A DNA stretch of 62,544 nt from Bacteroidales bacterium (GTDB lineage Bacteria; Bacteroidota; Bacteroidia; Bacteroidales; VadinHA17). The notes beneath the pieces were generated by a model, which had not been told where the DNA came from, did no database searches, and worked only from the letters and a program-made list of their open reading frames with translations. Where the stretch lies: the NCBI GenBank assembly GCA_034004335.1, contig JAVEWX010000002.1, positions 1-62,544 of the forward strand, in the 5' to 3' direction. Position numbers and translations under genes: made by a program. Below are positions 55,769 to 62,544 of the stretch, in pieces; within the stretch, counting starts at the first letter, position 1; each line of letters starts with the position of its first letter.

Positions 55769-55808
55769 AAGATAAAAGACAAAAGATAAAAGATAAAAGG
55801 AAAAAGCA
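55704..55808. repeat. Heptanucleotide array, locus F: (AAAAGAY)x13 plus two degenerate units
   Basis: 15 in-register units from 55704. The array overlaps the 3' end of ygiQ, whose stop is at 55766-55768. A GC hairpin AGCCTT-CGCC-AAGGCT and GATCGGT AGTCGGT heptads follow. Confidence 0.95.
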
Positions 55809-55980
55809 TGGGGCCAGCCTTCGCCAAGGCTTCGGCTGACAAAGTATGGGGCATGGAGAAAAAGGTGATCGGTAGTCGGTGGAACACCGTAATGGTTGAA
55901 TATCAATAGAATAGAGGTACCACCCTAATTTAATCTGTCCCGGCGACCAGGCCTCTTGCAAACTGTGGAGTACATAAATG

Positions 55981-56004
55981 AAAAAACCGGGGCGTGAGCC
56001 CCGG
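55981..56004 (-). terminator. Rho-independent terminator of the hydrogenase operon
   Basis: On the minus strand: CCGGGGC-TCAC-GCCCCGG followed by T6, 68 nt downstream of the hydC stop. Confidence 0.7.
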
Positions 56005-56071
56005 TCAGATGCACCGCGAGTTACCAGTTCACGGCACGTTGTTAACCTAAAAACCAAACCATGAAGCAGCC

Positions 56072-56560
56072 TTATCGGCCTTCATATTCTTTAATAATAT
56101 TTTTTACATCGTCGGGAGCAACCCTGCCATAGGTTTTGTCACCAACCAGCACAACGGGAGCCAGTCCGCAGGCACCTACGCAGCGCAGACTTGAAAGTGA
56201 GAACTTGCCATCGGGTGTCGACTGACCAACTTCCACACCAAGTTGTTTCCTGAATTCTTCAAGTACCTTTTCAGCACCCCTGACATAGCAGGCTGTTCCC
56301 ATGCAGATACTGACAGGGAATTTGCCCTTGGGGATCATGGTGAAGAAGGAGTAGAAGGTTACAACTCCGTAAATCTTTGCTACCGGAACGTTGAGAAAGC
56401 CTGAAATAACCTCCTGTACCTCTGCGGGAAGATAGCCGAAGTGCTCCTGACACTTGTGCAGAACATTAATTAGTTCGTGCTGATCATTATCGAATGATTT
56501 GCAGATCTCCTGGATTTTGTCTACATCTGCCTGTCTGAGTTCTATCTTAATGCTTGACAT
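56072..56560 (-). CDS. hydC: [FeFe]-hydrogenase NuoE-like [2Fe-2S] subunit
   Basis: ICMGTACYV and CVGACGLAP motifs. Last gene of the hydrogenase operon. Confidence 0.85.
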   Translation of the reverse strand: MSSIKIELRQADVDKIQEICKSFDNDQHELINVLHKCQEHFGYLPAEVQEVISGFLNVPVAKIYGVVTFYSFFTMIPKGKFPVSICMGTACYVRGAEKVLEEFRKQLGVEVGQSTPDGKFSLSSLRCVGACGLAPVVLVGDKTYGRVAPDDVKNIIKEYEGR

Positions 56561-56595
56561 GATACTGTTATATTAGAATTAAACAACCCCAAAGG

Positions 56596-58374
56596 TTACT
56601 GTTTAACAATAATCTTCTTCTTCTTATCGAAATATCCCGTATGGAGAAGGTGATGAGCCTTCTCACTGTTGGGCTCTCCCAGAAACTCCTCGTACAACTT
56701 GATGATGAAGGGATTCTCATGCGATTTCCTCAGGGGCTTTTTCCTGTCTTCTTCATAGATTGCTGCTGCCCTGGCCTTCAATATTTCCGATTTGCCGTGG
56801 TGCAAAGGCTGACCACCGCCTCCGATACATCCGCCGGGGCATGCCATTACCTCAATGGCATGGAACTGCGATATGCCTGATTTAACATCGTCGAGCAACT
56901 TGCGTGCGTTTCCGAGTCCATGTGCAATACCGATATTGACAGGAAGCCCGTCAAAATCGATGACTGCGCTTCTGACACCTTCCATGCCCCTGAGTTCGGT
57001 GAAATCGAGTCTGGTTAGCTTCTTACCGGTAAATACTTCATAAGCCGTACGTACCGCTGCTTCAATCACGCCACCGGTTGTGCCGAAAATAACACCTGCT
57101 CCTGTCGATTCACCCATCGGGTTGTCAAACTCCTCATCCTCGAGGCTGTTGAAATCAATATTTGCCTGCTTTATGAAGTGGGCAAGTTCGCGTGTCGATA
57201 TTGAAAAATCAACATCGGGGTTGTTGTCGACAGAGAATTCATCTCTCTGACATTCATATTTCTTTGCAAGACAAGGCATAATGGATATCACTACCATGTC
57301 TTTCCTGTTAACCTTGATCTTCCCGGCGAAATAGGATTTGGCTATTGCCCCGAACATCTGCTGTGGCGATTTTGCAGTCGACGGCACATCCTTCAGTTCC
57401 GGGAAGTAGTGTTCAAAGAAGTTGACCCAGCCGGGACAACATGATGTAAGTATTGGTAACCTGACACTCTTGTCTCCTGCGAGATGGCGCCTGAGACGGT
57501 CGAGCAGTTCGGTTCCCTCCTCCATGATGGTGAGATCGGCTGCGAAATCTGTATCGAATACATAATCGAACCCGAGAGCCCTCAATGCTGCCACCATTTT
57601 TCCTGTGACAAGTGTTCCCGGTTTCATGCCGAATTCCTCTCCCAGGGCAGCCCTTACTGCAGGGGCTGTCTGCACAACGACTGTTTTTGTCGGGTCGGCC
57701 AGTGCCCTCAGTACTTCCGGGGTATGGTCGACTTCGGTAAGGGCTCCGGTAGGACAAACTGCGACGCACTGACCGCAATAGGTACACGTTGAATGTTCCA
57801 GGTTCATCTCAAATGCCGGAGCTACGGTAGCCATGAACCCGCGATTAACAGCTGACAGTGCGCCTACAGTTTGTACTTCATTGCACATCATCTCGCACCT
57901 GCGGCACATTATGCATTTATCAAGATCCCTTATTATTGAGGGGGATGTATCCTTCCTGTAGGTTGACATTGCGGCAATCTCCATTCCGGGTATATCCCTG
58001 ATGCCGAGCCTGGTTGCCATATCCTGAAGCTCACAGTTACCCGATTTGGGGCATACCAGGCAGTCCTTGGGGTGATCTGAGAGTATGAACTCCATCACGG
58101 TGCGGCGTGCATTCAAAACCCTCGATGTGTGTGTTTTAACAACCATCCCCTCCTCGCATTTAGTGGCACATGATGGGGCGAGGTTCCTGCGGCCCTCAAC
58201 TTCAACGACACATATACGACAACCTGCCGGCTTGTTCTCTATGTTCATGTCGTGAAGTTCCATATGGCAAAGGGTGGGGATCTCTATTCCGAGCTCTTTT
58301 GCAGCCTTATGTATGGTAATCCCTTTCGGGACCTCAACCATCTTGTTGTCTATTTTAAGTTTTACCGTTTCCAT
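56596..58374 (-). CDS. hydA: [FeFe]-hydrogenase catalytic subunit (multimeric, NuoEF-associated type)
   Basis: N-terminal [2Fe-2S] and [4Fe-4S] domains. H-cluster motifs TSCCPGW, MPCLAKKYE and EVMACPGGCIGGGGQP. Confidence 0.92.
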   Translation of the reverse strand: METVKLKIDNKMVEVPKGITIHKAAKELGIEIPTLCHMELHDMNIENKPAGCRICVVEVEGRRNLAPSCATKCEEGMVVKTHTSRVLNARRTVMEFILSDHPKDCLVCPKSGNCELQDMATRLGIRDIPGMEIAAMSTYRKDTSPSIIRDLDKCIMCRRCEMMCNEVQTVGALSAVNRGFMATVAPAFEMNLEHSTCTYCGQCVAVCPTGALTEVDHTPEVLRALADPTKTVVVQTAPAVRAALGEEFGMKPGTLVTGKMVAALRALGFDYVFDTDFAADLTIMEEGTELLDRLRRHLAGDKSVRLPILTSCCPGWVNFFEHYFPELKDVPSTAKSPQQMFGAIAKSYFAGKIKVNRKDMVVISIMPCLAKKYECQRDEFSVDNNPDVDFSISTRELAHFIKQANIDFNSLEDEEFDNPMGESTGAGVIFGTTGGVIEAAVRTAYEVFTGKKLTRLDFTELRGMEGVRSAVIDFDGLPVNIGIAHGLGNARKLLDDVKSGISQFHAIEVMACPGGCIGGGGQPLHHGKSEILKARAAAIYEEDRKKPLRKSHENPFIIKLYEEFLGEPNSEKAHHLLHTGYFDKKKKIIVKQ

Positions 58375-58391
58375 TGCAAAATCTACATGAA

Positions 58392-60158
58392 TTACTGAAT
58401 ACTGATGGCATCAAACTTGCATTTTTCCATACACGCCCCGCATTTGATGCAGATGGAAGCATCAATGAAGTGGGCCTCCTTCCTTTCACCCGTGATGGCG
58501 TTGACCGGACAAACACGAGCGCATGCGGTACACCCCACACAATTGACCGGATCAATAATATATTGCATCAGATCCTTGCAGCTTCCTGCCGGGCATTTTT
58601 TATCCCTGACGTGTGCAAGATACTCATCCATGAAATTGTCGAGTGTCGACAGCACCGGATTAGGGGATGATTGTCCCAGTCCGCATAGTGAGGTGTCCTT
58701 TATCACATTCGACATATTCCTCAGTCTTACCAGGTCGGCTTCGGTTCCGTTACCCCTGGTTATGTGCTCCAGAAGCTCATGAAGTCTCTTGTTGCCAATC
58801 CGGCACGGGGCACACTTGCCACATGATTCTTCTACCGTGAATTCAAGGAAGTACTTGGCTACGGAAACCATGCAGTCATCTTCATCGAGTACTATCATTC
58901 CGCCTGACCCCATCATTGACCCTGCGGCCAGCAGATTGTCAAAATCGATGGGGGTATCAAGGTGTTTTTCGGTAAGACATCCGCCTGAAGGACCGCCAGT
59001 CTGGACAGCCTTGAATTTTTTACCTCCCTTTATGCCTCCGCCTATTTCGAAAATTACTTCGCGGAGTGTGGTTCCCATCGGGACTTCGATTAGTCCGACA
59101 TTGTTTATTTTGCCTGCCAGTGCAAAAACCTTTGTTCCTTTCGATTTCTCGGTTCCTATGCTGCTGAACCATTTTGCACCCTTCAGGAATATGGGGGGGA
59201 TACATGCCAGTGTTTCTACGTTATTAACGTTGGTCGGCTTTTCCATGAATCCCGATTCTGCAGGGAACGGGGGTTTAACAGTCGGTTCCCCGCGGTGTCC
59301 CTCCATCGAATGGATCAGGGCTGTCTCTTCTCCGCATACAAAAGCACCTGCCCCGTAACGGAGACTTATGTCGAATGAAAAGCCGGTGCCGAAGATGTTC
59401 CTGCCCAGGAGGCCATATTCCCTGGCCTGGCTGATTGCTGTTTTGAGCCTCTGGATGGCCAGGGGGTACTCCGCGCGGATGTATATTAGTCCCTCGTCAG
59501 CACCAATGCAATATCCGCAGATTGCCATCGCTTCAAGCACCGAATGAGGATCACCCTCAAGGATGGATCTGTCCATGAATGCTCCGGGGTCTCCCTCGTC
59601 GGCATTGCACACGACATATTTTTTGCTGCCCTTGCTTTTCCGCGCGTAATTCCACTTAACACCGGTGGGGAAACCTCCTCCTCCGCGTCCCCTCAATCCC
59701 GATTCAATCATCTCCTTTATGGCTTCTTCCGGCGACATTTCTGTTATAACCCTGCCGAGTGCCTGATAGGCATCCCTGGCCAGTGAGTCGTCTATATTTT
59801 CGGGATCGAGAAAACCACAGTTTCTGAGGGCTATTCTAAGCTGTTTCTTAAGTGATTTTATCTTTTCCGGACCTTCAGGGTGTAACCTTTCTATTTTCAA
59901 GCCCTTCATGATGTGTCCTGATACTATTTCGGGCGCATCAGAGGGGGATACCCTGGTATAATAAATATTATCGGGCATTATTTTTATAACCGGACCGTGG
60001 CCGCAAAGCCCAAAACAACCGGTTTTAATCACCTGAACTTCATCGGCCAGACCGTTGGCTTCAATTTCGTTTCTGAGGCCGGCTATCAGCGTGTCACTCT
60101 TCAATGCGCTGCATCCCTCGCCCCCGCAAACCATTATCTGCATTCTGTATTTTGCCAT
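58392..60158 (-). CDS. hydB: [FeFe]-hydrogenase NuoF-like NADH-FMN subunit
   Basis: Start ATG 60158 (MAKYRMQIMVCGGEGC..) lies just after the upstream stop at 60178. Four-Cys Trx-like domain, GRGGGGFPTGVKW, EGDPGAFMDR, SCGKCAPCR, C-terminal 2x[4Fe-4S]. Confidence 0.9.
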   Translation of the reverse strand: MAKYRMQIMVCGGEGCSALKSDTLIAGLRNEIEANGLADEVQVIKTGCFGLCGHGPVIKIMPDNIYYTRVSPSDAPEIVSGHIMKGLKIERLHPEGPEKIKSLKKQLRIALRNCGFLDPENIDDSLARDAYQALGRVITEMSPEEAIKEMIESGLRGRGGGGFPTGVKWNYARKSKGSKKYVVCNADEGDPGAFMDRSILEGDPHSVLEAMAICGYCIGADEGLIYIRAEYPLAIQRLKTAISQAREYGLLGRNIFGTGFSFDISLRYGAGAFVCGEETALIHSMEGHRGEPTVKPPFPAESGFMEKPTNVNNVETLACIPPIFLKGAKWFSSIGTEKSKGTKVFALAGKINNVGLIEVPMGTTLREVIFEIGGGIKGGKKFKAVQTGGPSGGCLTEKHLDTPIDFDNLLAAGSMMGSGGMIVLDEDDCMVSVAKYFLEFTVEESCGKCAPCRIGNKRLHELLEHITRGNGTEADLVRLRNMSNVIKDTSLCGLGQSSPNPVLSTLDNFMDEYLAHVRDKKCPAGSCKDLMQYIIDPVNCVGCTACARVCPVNAITGERKEAHFIDASICIKCGACMEKCKFDAISIQ

Positions 60159-60177
60159 TGTCATCTCCACATCTATT

Positions 60178-60570
60178 TTAGTCAATTGTGCGGTAGTTGT
60201 CGGGAATGATGCCCTCAACGAGTTCACCGTATTTGATGAACTTTTCGATGATCTCATCCGCTTTTTCCCTGCTGACATAACCGAAGACGACGGGTTCCTC
60301 ACCGGGCCTCTTAACCTCAATTGTCGGTTCGGCATAACAATACCCCATGTCACCTGCCGGTATCACCAGGGCATCGACATTTCGCTTTTCCAGTTCCTCA
60401 GTCATGAAGGTCAGGACATCCCTGGCACCGGATGCAATTCCACTGGTAGCCATGCCTACCTTTATCACGACACGGCTCTCAGGTGTACCTGCCTTTTCTC
60501 TTTGTTCAATCCTGGCCTGTAGCTCACTTCTTATCTTTTTAAGATCGGCCAATGTTTTGATTTTGTTCAT
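60178..60570 (-). CDS. HydD-like small thioredoxin-fold protein lacking the [2Fe-2S] cysteine ligands
   Basis: 130 aa. VGMATSGIASGA and GDMGYCYAEP align with GLGSCGIAAGA and TSCIGMCYREP in the N-terminus of the 42404 gene. It has only one Cys in total. Confidence 0.6.
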   Translation of the reverse strand: MNKIKTLADLKKIRSELQARIEQREKAGTPESRVVIKVGMATSGIASGARDVLTFMTEELEKRNVDALVIPAGDMGYCYAEPTIEVKRPGEEPVVFGYVSREKADEIIEKFIKYGELVEGIIPDNYRTID

Positions 60571-60664
60571 TTCTAACTGATATACAATTTGTTATACCTA
60601 TAATTATTAATCACATCAATTTCCGGGCAATTATGTTTTCCAGGATTTATAATGATTGCCGGTA

Positions 60665-60672
60665 CAAAGATA
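60665..60672 (-). promoter_or_regulatory. Candidate -7 promoter box (TAnnTTTG) for the hydrogenase operon
   Basis: TATCTTTG on the minus strand, ~95 nt upstream of ATG 60570, in a 213-bp AT-rich spacer. Confidence 0.3.
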
Positions 60673-60783
60673 AAATATTTGATGTGAAATAAATAACAAT
60701 GTTACATAAATAACAGTAAAATATAATGATTCTAAAATAGCTGCTGGCGGCAGGGAATTTTCAGCAGTATTTTCTGAAGGGGT

Positions 60784-62433
60784 TTATTTATCCCGGCTTC
60801 TTATTCTGCCGAACTCAGAACCCTCTTTCCAGCGCGGGAACCAGGTGCTGTTTGCCAGCATGTATCCTGCCTCGAACATCAGCGCTGCGTCCTCGACTAT
60901 GCCCGTAAGGTCCCATACAGAGGGATCGTAGTTATCGGCAGGCCTGTGGTATCTGTTGTTTATGTAGTCTCTCTCCTGTTCAGCGGCCCATTCCTTACCT
61001 AACTCCCGGCTGTCGCAGTTACCTCTTGCGAACATTGCCGGGATGCCGACAGCTGCGAATGAGAAGTGATCAGACCTGAAGTACATTCCGGTATGGGGAT
61101 TGGGGTCGGGCATCAGATACCTGTCCTGTTTGGCTGCAACGAGGCCAACGATACTGTCGAGGTCAGACTGTCCGAAACCTGTTATCATCACATCCTTCAT
61201 CCTGCCTATAGGCAGCAGGAGGTCATTATTGAAGCAGGCAACAGTCAGCTCAGGGTCAAAAACAGGATTTGCGGCATAGTATTTTGATCCCACTAATCCA
61301 TCCTCTTCCGCGGTGGGAAAAAACAGCATAATGCTTCTTTCAGGGCGGCGGGCAAACGAGGAAAACGCCTCTCCGATCTCCAGTGCCCATGCTATGCTGG
61401 TACCGTTATCGACGGCTCCATTGTATATGGAATCTCCCATCTCACTTTCCCCTATCCCGAAATGGTCCCAATGGGCGGAATATACGATGACCTCATCAGG
61501 TCTCAGGCTTCCCCTGAGAATACCGCCCACATTTGATGAACTGCTCTTCCTTATGCTGTTGCTGATGCTTATATCGATCGTCGAGCCCATGCTGAACCCG
61601 GAATACCCGCTGATGCATGCCTCATTCCTCAGGTCAGTCACCGACATTCCCAGTGCCCCGAATATTTTGTCGGCAGTTTCTGCAGAGAACCAACCCGTAA
61701 ATGCACACCCGGAGGCGAATCCATTTTTGTTGTCAATGAATAGTCCCGGTCCCAGTGAGCTTTTCCTTGGTATGGTGTACTCATAGCCCGCTCCCTCCGT
61801 TTCATGTATTATCAACACTCCTGTTGCTCCCTGGCGGGCTGCCTCCTCGAATTTATAGGTCCATCTGCCGTAATAAGTCATTTCGCGACCTTTGAAGAGT
61901 TCACGGTTACCCGTGTATAGTCCGGGATCGTTGATAAGCACCACTACCGTCTTATTCCTGACATCAAGATTGCGATAGTCGTTCCAGTCATATTCAGGGG
62001 CTACAATACCGAATCCTGCAAAGACCATTTCGGAGGCTCTGACCTCTACTGCAACCTCTTCGCGAGGTGAGGTTACGGCAATGTCGTCGGGAGAATTAAG
62101 CCGGATTACTTCATTACCCTGAACTATTGTCACCGGACCGTTAACGGCCGATTGTATCTCGGTCATGGGCACCTCCTGGAACCAGCTTCCGTTGAATGCC
62201 GGTTCAAAACCTGTCCTTTCAATCTCAGATGCAAGCCAGTTAATGGTTATGCGTTCTCCTTCAGTAAAGGGTTGCCGGCCCATGAAACTGTCATCTGAAA
62301 CCTCCTTCACCAGTCGTGAAAGGTCTTCAACGGTTATGGTCTCTATTGCCTTCCGGATTGCATTATTTTCCGAACATCCGTTGAGAATCGTTATCAACAG
62401 GGCAACTGCAATGAGGATAAGGTGCTTTTTCAT
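60784..62433 (-). CDS. M28 family metallopeptidase with PA domain (secreted lipoprotein)
   Basis: Lipobox ILNGC. Zn-ligand contexts HWDHFG, GAVDNGTS, AEEDGLVGS and RSDHFSF. Confidence 0.8.
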   Translation of the reverse strand: MKKHLILIAVALLITILNGCSENNAIRKAIETITVEDLSRLVKEVSDDSFMGRQPFTEGERITINWLASEIERTGFEPAFNGSWFQEVPMTEIQSAVNGPVTIVQGNEVIRLNSPDDIAVTSPREEVAVEVRASEMVFAGFGIVAPEYDWNDYRNLDVRNKTVVVLINDPGLYTGNRELFKGREMTYYGRWTYKFEEAARQGATGVLIIHETEGAGYEYTIPRKSSLGPGLFIDNKNGFASGCAFTGWFSAETADKIFGALGMSVTDLRNEACISGYSGFSMGSTIDISISNSIRKSSSSNVGGILRGSLRPDEVIVYSAHWDHFGIGESEMGDSIYNGAVDNGTSIAWALEIGEAFSSFARRPERSIMLFFPTAEEDGLVGSKYYAANPVFDPELTVACFNNDLLLPIGRMKDVMITGFGQSDLDSIVGLVAAKQDRYLMPDPNPHTGMYFRSDHFSFAAVGIPAMFARGNCDSRELGKEWAAEQERDYINNRYHRPADNYDPSVWDLTGIVEDAALMFEAGYMLANSTWFPRWKEGSEFGRIRSRDK

Positions 62434-62434
62434 T

Positions 62435-62544
62435 TTACATTGATTTAGGTGATGCTGCTATTGCTGCAATTTCACAGATTACCTCCACGGCCTTCTGCAT
62501 TGATTCAAGGGGTATGAACTCATATCTTCCGTGGAAGTTATGGC
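62435..62544 (-). CDS. pepT: C-terminal 36 aa of an M20-family peptidase, probably peptidase T
   Basis: Hand translation: ..[35 protein letters not shown]. The NFHG.(Y/H)EF..LE.M.KAV.VI pattern is as I remember the PepT C-terminus. The 5' part lies outside the window. Confidence 0.5.
   Translation of the reverse strand, partial: HNFHGRYEFIPLESMQKAVEVICEIAAIAASPKSM

Noticed and set aside
55430-56057. ORFs 55430..55906, 55566..56057 and 55594..55887 (-), plus 1484..1693 (+), 8253..8588 (-), 23204..23407 (+) and 23338..23673 (+)
   Set aside because: They are open only because heptamer arrays lack stop codons in most frames. The products are repeat-derived peptides (e.g. FIFYLLSFVFCLLSF).
60159-60353. 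65-codon N-terminal extension of hydB in the ORF track (start 60353)
   Set aside because: The extension overlaps the upstream HydD-like gene out of frame and is Arg/Ser-rich. The conserved Trx-like domain starts at MAKYRMQIMVCGG (ATG 60158), just after the upstream stop at 60178.
1-62544. Mobile elements, prophage, genomic island or defence system
   Set aside because: I found no integrase, transposase, recombinase, restriction-modification, toxin-antitoxin, Cas, or phage structural genes. There are no flanking tRNA or direct-repeat boundaries. Composition and gene families look like core Bacteroidota chromosome throughout.
1-62544. tRNA, rRNA, tmRNA, RNase P or SRP RNA genes
   Set aside because: No intergenic gap exceeds ~300 nt once the repeats are accounted for. 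I could not find T-loop (GGTTCGAATCC-like) or other hallmark motifs in the gaps. This was a by-eye scan only, so small ncRNAs cannot be excluded.

Overview
62.5-kb stretch of a Bacteroidota chromosome. Evidence for the phylum: a SusC/SusD pair, bamD-rpoZ-coaBC-DUF4835-recN synteny, TAnnTTTG -7 boxes and few Shine-Dalgarno sites. The gene content suggests an anaerobic fermenter. I can support about 52 protein-coding genes, two of them truncated by the window edges. Most are housekeeping: envelope (bamD, Omp85-like, lolA, ftsK, LysM, NlpC/P60), CoA synthesis (coaBC, coaE), recN, fabI, nusB, yajC, purC, phoH and mazG. Amino-acid catabolism is represented by hutI, a fused ftcD, carbamate kinase, ornithine carbamoyltransferase and agmatinase. 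I saw no rRNA, tRNA, CRISPR, transposase, integrase, phage or recognisable defence genes, and composition looks uniform. Two paralogous NuoE/NuoF-type flavin modules are present. One belongs to a HydABC-type [FeFe]-hydrogenase operon (56072-60570, minus strand). The other sits with a 1228-aa protein in which a GltD-like NAD(P)H module is embedded in a NuoG-like scaffold (41864-47897), resembling Stn/Bfu-type bifurcating transhydrogenases. The most unusual signal is non-coding. Six intergenic spacers are built almost entirely of phase-locked tandem heptanucleotides arranged as an oriented mosaic with small GC hairpin modules. In two cases the mosaic runs exactly from a stop codon to the next start codon, and in one case it encodes the C-terminal tail of ygiQ. 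coaBC is split by a frameshift in an A10 tract. All product calls rest on motif and synteny recognition by eye; no database search was run.
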